Assembly: GCA_965208105.1 (NCBI GenBank) | Contig: OZ242318.1 | Location: 3,776,001 to 3,840,000, forward strand | Direction: 5' to 3' | Source of the DNA: Candidatus Latescibacterota bacterium | Lineage (GTDB): Bacteria > Latescibacterota > UBA2968 > UBA8231 | DNA length: 64,000 nucleotides | Program-made: the position numbers and the translations under genes | The notes under the pieces: model-generated | What the model was told of the DNA's origin: nothing | What the model saw: the letters and a program-made list of their open reading frames with translations, nothing else | The model's database searches: none | Part shown: piece by piece, positions 29,730 through 40,701 of the stretch | Layout of the letters: each line of letters begins with the position of its first letter | How positions within the stretch are numbered: position 1 is the first letter of the stretch

Positions 29730-30893
29730 CTAGGGAATCCTTCCCAGGCGGCGGTCCTCGTTCTTCAGCCACTCCTCGTAGTTTCGCGCCGGATCGGCCG
29801 GGGCGCCGAGGCCGTGCTCGCGGCGCCAGCGCAGCAGCGGGTGTTCGCGGTCGGCCTGGGGCAGCTCTACCCGCCGGCCGTAGGCGGCGGACTCGAAGAT
29901 GGCCATCATGGCCTCCATCACCCGCAGGGCGTCCGCGCCGCTGCATTCGTGGTCGCGGTCCCGGTCCAGGGCCCTGACGTACTCCTCCACGAAGCAGTAG
30001 TCGTCCTGGGCGGCCCCGGCGTCGGGATCGTAATGCCGGGGCAGGATGGGTTGCAGCGGTTCCCAGCGGTCGTGCTCGCCGTCGGGAACCAGGTGGGCGG
30101 TGGGCAGGCGCCAGGCGCGGGATCCCCGCCACAGCAGGCGGCCCTCGGTGCCGAAGAATTCAACCACCGAGGCCGCCAGGGTCTGCGCTCCCGGCAGCCG
30201 CTGCTGCAGCAAGGTGGCGGTGACGTTGCCGGCGAATTCGAGGACCGCGGTGATATACTCGCCGGCGATGACCCCCATTCCGGCAGGAGAGGCCAGAACG
30301 TCCTTCGGTGTTAGCGGGCGCCCGTCGGTCAGCCCCACCGCCGTGACGGCGCGGCAGGCTCCGGCGAATTTCTGCATGACGTTGATCTTGTGGGTGCCGA
30401 TGTTCATCACCCCGAAGCCCCCGTAGTAGCCCTTGTCCCGGGTGTAGATGTAGAGCAGGTCGCCGATCTGTCCTTCCTCGTAGGCCCGGTGCGCCGCCTG
30501 CAGCCAGGCGTTGAGGCGGTGCTGGTGATGGACCGCGATGCGCACGCCCTTCTCCCGGGCCCTGGCGACCACCTGGTCGGCCTGTTGGAGGTTGACGCAC
30601 AGCGGTTTCTCGACGTCGATGTGGACCCCGTGCTCCAGCACTCGCATGGCCAGGTCGAAATGGAATTCGGTGCCGGTGGGGATGGCGACTATGTCCGGCG
30701 CGGTGGCCTCGATCATCGCGTCGAGGTCGGAAAAGCGCTCTCCCACCCCCAGTTCATTCCCCAGCCGCTGCAGGCGTTCGCCGACGAGATCGCACAGGCC
30801 CGCCACCTCGGTGCGGGGGTGGGCGTGGTAGGCGCGCGCGGCGGCGGTGCCGCGGGCGCGGCAACCGAGAATGGCCACTCTGTATGTCCGCAT
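29730..30893 (-). CDS. Gfo/Idh/MocA oxidoreductase
   Basis: ILGCRARG, EKPL, GTH; start MRTYRV. Confidence 0.85.
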   Translation of the reverse strand: MRTYRVAILGCRARGTAAARAYHAHPRTEVAGLCDLVGERLQRLGNELGVGERFSDLDAMIEATAPDIVAIPTGTEFHFDLAMRVLEHGVHIDVEKPLCVNLQQADQVVARAREKGVRIAVHHQHRLNAWLQAAHRAYEEGQIGDLLYIYTRDKGYYGGFGVMNIGTHKINVMQKFAGACRAVTAVGLTDGRPLTPKDVLASPAGMGVIAGEYITAVLEFAGNVTATLLQQRLPGAQTLAASVVEFFGTEGRLLWRGSRAWRLPTAHLVPDGEHDRWEPLQPILPRHYDPDAGAAQDDYCFVEEYVRALDRDRDHECSGADALRVMEAMMAIFESAAYGRRVELPQADREHPLLRWRREHGLGAPADPARNYEEWLKNEDRRLGRIP

Positions 30894-30998
30894 GGATTCA
30901 CTCCCTTGCTTGGGGATTTGCTGGAGGTCTGCCGCCGCCGGCGGGGCGGCAGGCGTTTGCGCGGCGGCGGCGAGGTGGTTATTTTCCTCTTCCGCCGT

Positions 30999-31076
30999 CG
31001 GGGTGTAGCGCAGTCCGGTTAGCGCACCTGCTTTGGGAGCAGGGGGTCGCCGGTTCGAATCCGGCCACCCCGACCA
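30999..31076 (+). tRNA. tRNA-Pro (TGG)
   Basis: Cloverleaf: CGGGGTG acceptor stem, CCTGC-TT-TGG-GA-GCAGG anticodon arm, GGTTCGAATCC, encoded CCA. Confidence 0.98.
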
Positions 31077-31084
31077 ACCAGGCA

Positions 31085-31113
31085 AGCCGGCGCCGGCCGG
31101 CTGAATTTTTTTT
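31085..31113 (+). terminator. Intrinsic terminator after the tRNA
   Basis: AGCCGGC-GCCG-GCCGGCT hairpin, then GAA and T8. Confidence 0.65.
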
Positions 31114-31191
31114 GGCCGCGGGCTCTCGCCGCCCACCGCGCCGGGAGACCGCACTTCCCCAGACCGCACACCCGGCACCGCGGCGCCGGAA

Positions 31192-32229
31192 TCAGGCCTC
31201 CGCGGTCGCCCCCATGATGCGCCACACCCCCCTCTCGTCCACCGCCGTGCCGTCGCAGGCCTCGTAGAACATGCGGTAGCGCCAGCCGCTGTTCCCGGGA
31301 ATGGCGATCACGCACATCTCGGAGCACTTGGCGCGGTCCCAGCGGCCTCCGGGGGCGATCACCGGCTCCTCCTCCTTGCGCCATATCAGGCCGTCCTCGG
31401 AGACGGCGCTGAGCACCTGGGCGCGGTTTGGCGCACTGTAGCCCGAGTAGTACATCCGGTATCCGCCTCCCTGGATGCGCAGGACCTCGGGGGCGAAGGC
31501 ATTCAGCGCATCGTAGCGCGGACCGGGTCCGACGCGCACCCCCGGCTCCTGTTGGAAGGTGAGGCCGCCGTCCAGCGAAAGGGCGCTGATGATCCCGACC
31601 CCGCGCTGGCTGCAGTAGAGGCGGCAGCGGCCGTCGTCCAGGTAGAGGAGCCGGGGCGCGTTGTAGCTTGCCCCGGGTTTTCCCAGGCGCACCCCCTCTT
31701 CCACTCTCCAGTGCAGGCCGCCGTCCTCGGAGACCGCGCTGCGCACGGCGGCGGGACCGGTCCGCGGGTCGGGGAAGCATTCGTAGTACATGCGCAGGAG
31801 TCCGCTGCCGCCGGGCGCGGGCACCACTTCCGGCGAGACGACGCGGAACTCGCCGGCGCCGCCTTCCCGGGGTCCGAGGCGAACGCCCGGCTCCGGGGTC
31901 CAGCTCAGGGCGTCGGTCGAGTGCGCACTGAGGATCCGCGTGGTGGAGTTGTCGTAGTCGTTGGCGCCGTCGGGAAAGCCTCGCCGGGGGAGGATCTGGG
32001 TGTAGTAGAGGCGGTAGCCCCCTTCGGGGAGGGCAATGACGTTTGGAGCCACGGCGCCGCGGATTCCCGTGCGCGGCGCTGCCGCCGGCCACCGGGCTTC
32101 CGGAGCAGGATCGGGCGCTCCCGCGGTCTCGGGGTCGGGTGGTGCTTCGATTGCGGGCCGGGCGTCCCTGGTCCACGCTGTGCCCGGGTCCTCGGCGGCG
32201 GTATGGACCTGCATGGCAATCTCGCTCAT
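31192..32229 (-). CDS. Asp-box/beta-propeller repeat protein
   Basis: Repeated YRMYY and SAVSEDG..W units. Confidence 0.65.
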   Translation of the reverse strand: MSEIAMQVHTAAEDPGTAWTRDARPAIEAPPDPETAGAPDPAPEARWPAAAPRTGIRGAVAPNVIALPEGGYRLYYTQILPRRGFPDGANDYDNSTTRILSAHSTDALSWTPEPGVRLGPREGGAGEFRVVSPEVVPAPGGSGLLRMYYECFPDPRTGPAAVRSAVSEDGGLHWRVEEGVRLGKPGASYNAPRLLYLDDGRCRLYCSQRGVGIISALSLDGGLTFQQEPGVRVGPGPRYDALNAFAPEVLRIQGGGYRMYYSGYSAPNRAQVLSAVSEDGLIWRKEEEPVIAPGGRWDRAKCSEMCVIAIPGNSGWRYRMFYEACDGTAVDERGVWRIMGATAEA

Positions 32230-32487
32230 CCGCTTTCCTTGCTCGATTGAATTATAGCAGATTCCTGGGGGGAATTGGCGCCCGGGCAAATCTGCTCAAT
32301 CCCCGGTTGAGCATCAAGGGGAGCCGGGGCGGGGAGGGACTGGGCCGACTCCTGCAAGCATGCCCGCCGGCCGGGGATGGGGTTTGGCAGGGCCCCGGTG
32401 CCGTCGCCTCGGCGAAGGCCGGGGACGCTCCATCCAGCTTGCCATGAGAAAAAATTCGTGTTAGAGTGTGAGAGGAGGACGGTCATT

Positions 32488-33987
32488 ATGGCGAGTGAAG
32501 AACTGGCGGCACCCACGCCCTTTGTCGACTGGTACGGAATCTGGGCGGGACATGGCGGAGTAGGCCGGGACGGATTGAGCTGGATCCAGGACCCGCCCCA
32601 GGGAGATCTGCAGCTCAAGGTCCAGCCGGGGCGCTGGTCCGAGCGCATCTTCCTTCCAGGTGAGCATCCCTGGGAGAGCGCAAGCGTAACGCCCAACTTC
32701 GTCCTCCTCGACGAAGACAGGTTGAAGGTCTGGTACCAGTGCAGCGGAGAGGATGGGACGAGCTACGAGGCCTATGCCGAAAGCAGCGACGGCCGCACCT
32801 GGCACAAGCCCCAACTGGGACTGGTGCCCTACATGGGATCCTCGGCCAACAACCTGCTGCACCGCACCGACCATTTCTGGCTGCGCTGCGTGTTCCGGGA
32901 CCCCTCGGCGCCGCCGCAGGAGCGCTACAAGTCCACCGTCCCCGGAGGTCTGTGCTACCTCGACGGGGAGCCGCGGCCGGACCTGACCTCGAGCCGGTTT
33001 ATGGAGATGCGCACCGCCATGCAGCACGAGGGCATGGGGCTGGCCGAGATAAAAGAGAAGCTCGAGATGCACCAGATCATTCGCGCGGCGGTCTCGCCGG
33101 ACGGACTGCGCTGGACCGTTCTCGACAAGCCCCTGAGGGACCTGGGGTCGCTGACCCTCGACGGGGAATACTTCACCACCTACGACCAGGACAGGGGAGA
33201 ATACGTTGCCTACCACCGCGGCCAGGTGGAGCGCCGGAGATGCATTCGCCGCAGCATCGCCAAGCGCTTCGACCAGTGGGAGGAGCCCCGCTTCGTCTTC
33301 ATGCCCGACCCCCAGGACCCCATCGACGTGGACGTCTACAGCTCGGCCTACTGCCGCTACCCTCACGGCGACCTGCACCTGATGTTCTTGCCCTTCTACC
33401 ACCGCCTCACTTCCACCGTCGACGTGCAGCTGGCGACGAGCCGCGACGGCCTGCTGTGGAGCCGGCCGCAACGCGTGCCCATCATCCCCCGCGGACCCTA
33501 CGAGACCGTCTACGCCTGCCACCATCTGGTCCCCCTGAGCTCGGAGGAGTGGGGCCTGTTGTTCATGGGGTGCAGGAACCGCCACGATTTCCACACCTTC
33601 AGAGCGGACGGGGACGCGCCGGCCAGGGCAAACGACTGGCGCTGGGCCCTGTGGAAGCGCGACCGCCTCGTGGCCCTGGAGGCCACCGGAGAGGCGCGCT
33701 TCACCATGGTGCAGAGAGAGTGCCATGGCACCCGGATGCGGCTAAACTACGAGACCGAGACCGGGGGCTGGGTGCGGGTGGAGCTGGTGCATCCGCCGGT
33801 GACCCCGCCGGAGCCGGTGGAACCCTTTGCCGGGTATGGACTGGACGACGCCGAGGTGCTGGTGGGAGACGAGCTCTCCAGGGTGGTGAGCTGGAAGGGG
33901 AGGGAGGACCTGGGCGCATTGAAGGGGAAGTTGGTCTCGATCCGCATCCACATGTCGCGGGCGCGGCTGTACTCGGTGTCCATCTGA
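32488..33987 (+). CDS. Hypothetical beta-propeller protein (paralog of 27048-28592)
   Basis: DPSAPPQERYK, AVSPDGLRW, RLVALEA; RBS GAGGAGG. Confidence 0.65.
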   Translation: MASEELAAPTPFVDWYGIWAGHGGVGRDGLSWIQDPPQGDLQLKVQPGRWSERIFLPGEHPWESASVTPNFVLLDEDRLKVWYQCSGEDGTSYEAYAESSDGRTWHKPQLGLVPYMGSSANNLLHRTDHFWLRCVFRDPSAPPQERYKSTVPGGLCYLDGEPRPDLTSSRFMEMRTAMQHEGMGLAEIKEKLEMHQIIRAAVSPDGLRWTVLDKPLRDLGSLTLDGEYFTTYDQDRGEYVAYHRGQVERRRCIRRSIAKRFDQWEEPRFVFMPDPQDPIDVDVYSSAYCRYPHGDLHLMFLPFYHRLTSTVDVQLATSRDGLLWSRPQRVPIIPRGPYETVYACHHLVPLSSEEWGLLFMGCRNRHDFHTFRADGDAPARANDWRWALWKRDRLVALEATGEARFTMVQRECHGTRMRLNYETETGGWVRVELVHPPVTPPEPVEPFAGYGLDDAEVLVGDELSRVVSWKGREDLGALKGKLVSIRIHMSRARLYSVSI

Positions 33988-34122
33988 GGCGATGGCGGCC
34001 CGGGGCCCAGGATCCCGTGCCAGGTCAGGGCCCTGGCGGCTGGTTTCCGGAGGATCGAATTCAGGGGCTGATGCAGCGGCGGTGAACCGAAGGACCGGCG
34101 CAACGATGGGAGAGAACCCCAG

Positions 34123-35577
34123 GTGAAGACCGTTCTCATTCTCCTTGACTCACTGAATCGACACTATCTGGCCTCCTACGGAAACTCCTGGGTGCGCACG
34201 CCCAACATCGACCGGCTCGCCCGCCGCGGGGTCGTGTTCGACAACCACTATTGCTGCTCCATGCCCTGCATGCCGGCGCGGCGGGACCTCTTCACCGGCC
34301 GGGCCAGTTTCCTCGAGACCCCCTGGAGCCCGATCCAGCCCTGGGACGACTGCCTGCAGCCTGAGCTGCGCCGCCAGCGGGGGACCTACAGCCACCTCAT
34401 CACCGATCACTTCCACTACTACCACAGTGGCGGCGAGGGCTACCACACCCGCTTCGATTCCTGGGAGTTTCAGCGCGGCCAGACCTGGGATGAATGGCGC
34501 CCCCTGGTGCGGCCTCCACAGCCTCCGCCCTTCAAGGGCAAAAACCCGCGGTCCTACTGGGCCAACCGGGCTTTCGCCGACAGCGAGCGCGACGAAGACT
34601 ATCCCACGCCCCAGTGCTTCATGCGCGGGGTGGAATTTCTCGACAAAAACCACGACCAGGACAACTGGCATCTGCACCTGGAAGTCTTCGATCCGCACGA
34701 ACCATTCGCCTGCCCGCGCAAGTACCGCGAGGTCTACGACGACCGCTGGGACGAGCGCTACCACTTCGACTGGCCCGACTACCTCCCCGTCGCCGAAGAT
34801 GAGGAGGAGATCGACCACATCCGCAAGAGCTACGCCGGCACCCTGACCATGGCCGACGTCTGGCTCGGCAGGTTCCTCGACAGGATGGACGCCCTCGATT
34901 TGTGGGAAGACACCACCGTGATCCTCACCACCGACCACGGCCATCTCCTCGGGGACCACGGCTACTGGGGCAAGAACTACATGTTCGACTACCAGGAGCT
35001 GGTCCACATCCCTCTCATCATCTGCTCCCCCGCATGCTCCGGGGGCAGGGTCGGCGCACTGACCAGCGCCCTCGACCTGATGCCCACCCTGATGGAGCTT
35101 CACGGAGGAGAGCTGCCGCCCCAGGTCCACGGCAGGTCCGTGTGCCACCTCCTCGAGGGGGGAGGGGACCACCACGACGCCGTGCTCTACGGCTACTTCG
35201 GCAAGGACCTGAACCTCACCGACGGCCGCCATACCTACTGCCGCCAGCCGCTGCCCAATTCCTTTCTCCACCACCACACCGCCATGCCCTGCGCCTTCCG
35301 GGATTTCATCGACCGCGATGCCCTTGCCAGCGCCGAGTGCGGCGTCTTCCTCGAGCATGCATACGGCATACCCCACCTGCGCCTCAAAGTCCCGTCGCAC
35401 CGGCACCACGGCGCGCCCGATTACAATCCCGTCTACGACGTCGGCGCCGATCCCCGGCAGCAGAAGCCCATCCGCGACCGCGGACTCGAAGCCGGACTCG
35501 CAGCGAAGATGAAGGAGTTGCTGCAGCGCCTGGACGCACCGGAATGCCAGTATGCCCGCCTCGGGTTGCAGGGATAG
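34123..35577 (+). CDS. Sulfatase (Cys-type, formylglycine-dependent)
   Basis: CMPAR...TGR signature, DPHEP, TDHG. Confidence 0.93.
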   Translation: MKTVLILLDSLNRHYLASYGNSWVRTPNIDRLARRGVVFDNHYCCSMPCMPARRDLFTGRASFLETPWSPIQPWDDCLQPELRRQRGTYSHLITDHFHYYHSGGEGYHTRFDSWEFQRGQTWDEWRPLVRPPQPPPFKGKNPRSYWANRAFADSERDEDYPTPQCFMRGVEFLDKNHDQDNWHLHLEVFDPHEPFACPRKYREVYDDRWDERYHFDWPDYLPVAEDEEEIDHIRKSYAGTLTMADVWLGRFLDRMDALDLWEDTTVILTTDHGHLLGDHGYWGKNYMFDYQELVHIPLIICSPACSGGRVGALTSALDLMPTLMELHGGELPPQVHGRSVCHLLEGGGDHHDAVLYGYFGKDLNLTDGRHTYCRQPLPNSFLHHHTAMPCAFRDFIDRDALASAECGVFLEHAYGIPHLRLKVPSHRHHGAPDYNPVYDVGADPRQQKPIRDRGLEAGLAAKMKELLQRLDAPECQYARLGLQG

Positions 35578-35641
35578 GAAGAATGGGATGCGGTGGGTTC
35601 GAGCGTGTTGCGCAGGAGACGGAGACAGGCCGGAGGTCCTT

Positions 35642-38614
35642 ATGAGGAGAAGATCACTGCACCGGTACCTGGGGCTCCTGGCGCTCGCGGCTTGGGCCGC
35701 GGAAGCGGAGGAACCGGCCGGGCATCCGGCCGTGGAAGAGGTGGCGGCACCGCGGCCTTACCTGCGCTACGAGCGCCCGCTCTACCGCAACTTCGTCTTC
35801 GACCCCTTCACCCAGTACCCGGACCACACCTGGTCCCTGCGCACGGTGGGATCGCAGCAGGGAGGCGGCCTGGCCCTCGGCCTCGACCGCTATCAGGCCC
35901 TCTACGACCTGATGGGAAATAACCTCGGGACCGGGTACGATTTGTTCTACTGGATCGAGCGCCGCCAGCCCCTGCAGCGCCGGGGCAGCGAGCTGTTCAA
36001 GGACTGGTCCGCCTGGCAACTGGTATTCACCAACGTGGCGGTTGCCCGGGACGGTTATGGGCGATGGGGCTACAGCGCCATTGTAGGGGACGGGCTGAGG
36101 GCGCGCTTCACCCCGTTGACCCTGTCCATGTCCGACTTCAACGGCCTGCGCCTGGATCTTTCGACCCCGCGCGTGAAGTTCACCGGGGTGGGCTCGCGCA
36201 TAGCCCGGCCGAACAGGGAATCCTACAAGCCCGCCCAGAATATCGGCCAGGTCGAGGTCGACCATTCCACCATGCTGGCGGGCGCCCGCGTCCAGGTCGA
36301 CCTCGGCGGGCTGCACCTGGGGGTGAACGGGGTGAACCTGCATCCCTACGACAGCACCAGGCCGGACAACAGCATCAAGGGAGGACTGCGCAATCATCAG
36401 CAGCCGCAGCTGGCTCAGCCGCTCTACGAGTGGCTCATCGTGCGCGTTTCCGACGACTCCCCGGCTGACGGCCGCGGCGGCGCCCTGGTCGGGGATATGC
36501 GGCTGGTGATCAACGGCCGGCCGCGGACCGACCTGGAGCCCCGGGTGATCCGCCACCGCGCCGGGGTTCCCTCCCAGGTGGGGCGCATCCTCTCGGCATC
36601 CGACCAGTTCCTGCCGGTCTATTACACCACCGTTGCCGGCCCGCCCAACTATTACAGGGGCCGGGAGATTCCCCTCTTCGCCGATTATCTCTACCGCCTT
36701 GCCTACGACGCCGGAGTCGACGTCAGCGAGGACACCTTCCAGGAGGGACTGCTGGCCAACTTTCCCCTGGCTGCATCAGGAGGTGTCCTGCGCGCCGACG
36801 GGAAAGAGCAGCTGGTGTTCCTGTTCGATCTGGGAGGAGAAGCCGCGGTGGAGTCGGTGGAGGTGGAGGCCACGGTGGGCAACGACTACCGTCTGGAGTG
36901 GGCGGGGGTCTACTTCAACCCCGCCAACCGCACCGCCGCCAAATTCGAGCAGCGCTTCGGCAGTACCTTCTACCGCCTTGCGCGGCGCGCCCGGGGCAGC
37001 GTGGAGGATGGATCGAATCTCGAGCGGGTGCGATTCAAGGTGGGGGAGAACACGGCGATTTTCACCTACGGCGCGGACGTGCAGCTGGTGCTGCCCTGGC
37101 TGGAGGTGGCCGGGGAGTACGCGCGCTCGACCGTCTACGGAAGGTATCCCGCCCACGAGGGGGGGCGTCCCATGTTCGACCGCAGCCCGCGCTTCTCCCA
37201 TCGCGGCTCGGCCTGGTTCGTCAATGCCCTGCACCGCTTCGGCCGCGGCCGCCTGGGTGCGGAGTACTTCTCCATGAATCCGGACTTCACCACCGAGATG
37301 CAGGCCTTTCTCCCCAGGGACTTCGGCTATTCCTCGGGAGGCCCCTACACCGTGTACGAGGGGCTGTCCAACTCTACCGTCATCTGGCGGTTGGTGCAGG
37401 ACAACGACGACGGGGACCGCTATCCGGACATTCTTCTGGGCACCGTCCTCGGCAGTCCGCAGGCGGGAGCGAGGGACCTGGACGGTGTCTTCCTGGGGCA
37501 GGACGAGGACAACGACGGCATCGTGGATACGGACCGCAACTTCAACGGCATCCCCGACTACGACGAGACCTTCCTGATGTACGGAGTGGAACCCAACGAG
37601 TACGTCTATGGCCTCGACCGCAATCACAACGACGAGCCCGACCAGCGCGAGGACGACTGGGTCGCCGACTACCCCTACGATCCTGACCAGCGCGGCGTCC
37701 ATCTCTTCGGCCAGGTGGACCTCGGCAGATACTGGTCCGCGGGGGCGGGACGCTACGCGGTGGAGGAGCTGGCCGGCGGCGGGCGCAACCGCTCCACCTA
37801 TGCCCTCCTGACCTACCGCCGCGAGGTGGAAGCGCGCCGGCAGCGGGTGTTCTTCGAGAACTACTTCCGCCGGGTCGAGGACGACATCGCCGATGAGTTC
37901 AACCAGTTCAGCAGGGCCGCCCGCCTCGACCGGCTGGATGACTACAACAGCGGCTTCACGGGCATCGTGCAGAATGTGGCCGGGTCAATCGAGCGCCGCC
38001 CGGACCCGCTTCACTACCAGAACAGCTATGTCAACGAGACTTACCTGGAGGGGGAGTGGCGCCCCTGGACGGCCCTGCACCTGGTGCAGAAGCTGCGCCT
38101 GCGCTACAACTGGCAGCGGGGCGGCCGGCTGGCCAGCGGGCTCTTCCAGCGCCAGCGCCGGCTCGACTTCGCTGCCTCGACCAGCCGCGCCGGGCTTGGA
38201 TGGCAGTGGGGCAGGCTGGGCCTGGCCGCCCAGTTCAAGTTCCTGCTCCTGCGCCTGGCAGACCAGGGGGGAGGCCGGGTGCTGCGCTCGGAGCACCGGG
38301 TGATTCCCATCGTCAAGCTGAGGTATCAGCTGATGCCGCGCACCGCCCTGCAGGCGGGGGTGCAGGGCTGGGGGCCGCTGCCCTACCGCCTCGAGGACCG
38401 CAGCGAGCGGCGCAACAGTCTCGAGCAGCGCTCCGCGGTGGTCACCGTGACCAACAGCTCGCGCTACTTCGGCTACGACATGCACACCATTCTCGGGCTG
38501 CGGCGTGAGGACCTGGACTGGAAGGACAGGTTTCAGCGTTTCCGAAACTTCGACGGGTGGACGTTTTTCGTGCGCAATCTCATCGGCTTCACCGAATTCG
38601 GGCAGTTGTTGTGA
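35642..38614 (+). CDS. Large exported hypothetical protein, putative outer-membrane beta-barrel with DxDxDG repeats
   Basis: Signal peptide, acidic Ca-binding-like repeats, alternating-pattern C-terminal strands; paralog of 54045-57008. Confidence 0.6.
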   Translation: MRRRSLHRYLGLLALAAWAAEAEEPAGHPAVEEVAAPRPYLRYERPLYRNFVFDPFTQYPDHTWSLRTVGSQQGGGLALGLDRYQALYDLMGNNLGTGYDLFYWIERRQPLQRRGSELFKDWSAWQLVFTNVAVARDGYGRWGYSAIVGDGLRARFTPLTLSMSDFNGLRLDLSTPRVKFTGVGSRIARPNRESYKPAQNIGQVEVDHSTMLAGARVQVDLGGLHLGVNGVNLHPYDSTRPDNSIKGGLRNHQQPQLAQPLYEWLIVRVSDDSPADGRGGALVGDMRLVINGRPRTDLEPRVIRHRAGVPSQVGRILSASDQFLPVYYTTVAGPPNYYRGREIPLFADYLYRLAYDAGVDVSEDTFQEGLLANFPLAASGGVLRADGKEQLVFLFDLGGEAAVESVEVEATVGNDYRLEWAGVYFNPANRTAAKFEQRFGSTFYRLARRARGSVEDGSNLERVRFKVGENTAIFTYGADVQLVLPWLEVAGEYARSTVYGRYPAHEGGRPMFDRSPRFSHRGSAWFVNALHRFGRGRLGAEYFSMNPDFTTEMQAFLPRDFGYSSGGPYTVYEGLSNSTVIWRLVQDNDDGDRYPDILLGTVLGSPQAGARDLDGVFLGQDEDNDGIVDTDRNFNGIPDYDETFLMYGVEPNEYVYGLDRNHNDEPDQREDDWVADYPYDPDQRGVHLFGQVDLGRYWSAGAGRYAVEELAGGGRNRSTYALLTYRREVEARRQRVFFENYFRRVEDDIADEFNQFSRAARLDRLDDYNSGFTGIVQNVAGSIERRPDPLHYQNSYVNETYLEGEWRPWTALHLVQKLRLRYNWQRGGRLASGLFQRQRRLDFAASTSRAGLGWQWGRLGLAAQFKFLLLRLADQGGGRVLRSEHRVIPIVKLRYQLMPRTALQAGVQGWGPLPYRLEDRSERRNSLEQRSAVVTVTNSSRYFGYDMHTILGLRREDLDWKDRFQRFRNFDGWTFFVRNLIGFTEFGQLL

Positions 38615-38724
38615 CCCCTGAACGTGAAATAATTATGTGCATTAGTTAATGGTTGGTTTGTAGGTGCGAATTACTTATATTCCTGATATCATAACCCACA
38701 CCTTACCTTAAAGGAGGTAGTGTA

Positions 38725-40647
38725 ATGTTCAAGCTGAGATCGAGTTTTCTTGCCCTGAGCATGGGCCTGCTGCTGGCAGGTATGCAGTGGGCTGAGGCTC
38801 AGGACATCCAGGACCGCGGCGGACGCTATGCGCCCCCGCGCCCTGACGGAGCGGACCGCACCTATCACGGCAGCGCCGGCGCGGCCTACAGCGAAGCAGG
38901 TGGAACCATCCACATTCCCGAGAACTCCGGGAATCCCACGCCCCTGGTTATCAATACCCAGAACGTGGCCTGGGACGGATCGGGATCGGTGGGCATTCCC
39001 TTCAGCCTCAACATGCGCGCCCGGGTAATGCTGGTGGTCTACAGGACAGATTCCAACGCGACCGGGGCGACCGGACCTTACGGCGCCTGGGTGCGCCTGG
39101 TTGCCCAGGACATGTACGTAGGCAGCACCCCGTTGGCCCCATTCGAGGCAGGGAGCAACACCCTGACCTGGGACGGCAATGACTGGGAGGGCAATCACGC
39201 CGGGGCGGGCAGCTACGAGTTCGATCTGATCGGCTTCAACGACCTGGATTCGGGTACCATCATCAACGTGGGCGGTTCAGGCAATGCCTGGGGCCCCAAC
39301 ATAGTCGACACCAAGGTCGAGCCGGCCGAGTACTGGAGCCCCTTCCAGGAGACCCCGCCAACTCCATACTCCCGCAGCGTCATCGGGACGGATTTCATCG
39401 CCAATCCGGGCGCCGTCGAGGTCTGGGATGTTACCGCCTTCGGACCGGAGGAGGAGAGGAATCTGAGCGGCCATTTGCCCGACGACATGGACGCGACGGT
39501 CCACTGGACCAGCCGGCGGCGGGAGAACGAGGCCCTGGGTGTAACGGGCGGGGTTATCAAGCTCACCCGCAACGACAATTCCAAGACCATGGACGTGAAT
39601 GAGTCCTTCGGCGACAACGGGCTTTCGGCCAGCCGAGGTGGGAGCATCTATCACATCCGTCCCAACAGAGATCTGCTCTACGCCGCTTTCCAGAACGGAG
39701 ATCTCCTCCAGGCGGTGATCGAGAAATACGACAAGTCCTCCGGTGAACGCGTCGGGGAGATCGACCTCTTCGAGTATTTCAACAACACCGCCGTTGACGA
39801 CGACGGCAACGAGCAAACCCAGGTTCACGGCCCCACCGTTATGGACGTGCACGACGGTGGGATCTGGGTAACCTCCCACAACTCCGTCAACACGGTGCAC
39901 CTGGACCTGGACGGCAACGTGCGCTGGGTCAACCGCCTCGGGGACAGCATCAGGGACTGGATCTCCATTGAGGACGCCGCCGAGCTGGGCCTGGTGCCGA
40001 ACCTGCCTGCAACGGTGGGATTCGGGGCCGACGATAACGGCAAGATGGCCTATTCCACCGAAACTCATAATCACATCGGCTACCAGCTGGCCATGTTCGG
40101 CCGCGACGGCACCGGTCTCGCCAACGTCGAGTTCAGCCCCGAGACCGGACCGTTCAACCGCGGCAACAACTCCAAGCACATCGACCTGGTCAACGATGGC
40201 GGCAAGTACGACGGGCTTTATATCTGCGCGGGCAACGCCGACACGCGGCCCTACCCCTCGGCCTACCCGGAGATGAACATGGGAGTGTTCGTCCCCTACG
40301 ATCTGGCCTCCGGCAGCCTGGGCGGGGATGCCACCGCGGTGGAGGATCTGGGTCCGGCGGGCACCCCCGACAGCTACAGTCTGGGTGACGCCTATCCCAA
40401 TCCCTTCAACCCCGAGACCAGCATCGAGTTCAGCGTGCCGGCCACCGGACACGTCGAGATGGTCGTCTACAATGCGGCCGGCCAGCAGGTGGCCAGCCTG
40501 GTGGACGAGGAGCTGAGCGCGGGGTCCTACAGGACCACCTGGGATGCGCTTGACCGCTCCGGCGAGCGGGTGGCCAGCGGTGTCTACTTCTACCGCATGC
40601 AGGCCGGCGACTTCGCCGATACCCGCGCGATGACCCTGCTGAAGTAG
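38725..40647 (+). CDS. Secreted protein with FlgD-Ig/T9SS-A-like C-terminal domain
   Basis: Signal peptide, TWDGND, YPNPFNPET...ASGVYFYRM...MTLLK; RBS AAGGAGG. Confidence 0.85.
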   Translation: MFKLRSSFLALSMGLLLAGMQWAEAQDIQDRGGRYAPPRPDGADRTYHGSAGAAYSEAGGTIHIPENSGNPTPLVINTQNVAWDGSGSVGIPFSLNMRARVMLVVYRTDSNATGATGPYGAWVRLVAQDMYVGSTPLAPFEAGSNTLTWDGNDWEGNHAGAGSYEFDLIGFNDLDSGTIINVGGSGNAWGPNIVDTKVEPAEYWSPFQETPPTPYSRSVIGTDFIANPGAVEVWDVTAFGPEEERNLSGHLPDDMDATVHWTSRRRENEALGVTGGVIKLTRNDNSKTMDVNESFGDNGLSASRGGSIYHIRPNRDLLYAAFQNGDLLQAVIEKYDKSSGERVGEIDLFEYFNNTAVDDDGNEQTQVHGPTVMDVHDGGIWVTSHNSVNTVHLDLDGNVRWVNRLGDSIRDWISIEDAAELGLVPNLPATVGFGADDNGKMAYSTETHNHIGYQLAMFGRDGTGLANVEFSPETGPFNRGNNSKHIDLVNDGGKYDGLYICAGNADTRPYPSAYPEMNMGVFVPYDLASGSLGGDATAVEDLGPAGTPDSYSLGDAYPNPFNPETSIEFSVPATGHVEMVVYNAAGQQVASLVDEELSAGSYRTTWDALDRSGERVASGVYFYRMQAGDFADTRAMTLLK

Positions 40648-40701
40648 ATCGAGCGGACTGCATAGTCTCGGTCATGCCCCTGGCAGTGCCGAGACGGTGA
40701 T

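Noticed and set aside
30999-31190. tRNA-Pro as an integration site
   Set aside because: No integrase nearby and no duplicated tRNA 3' end noticed in the window
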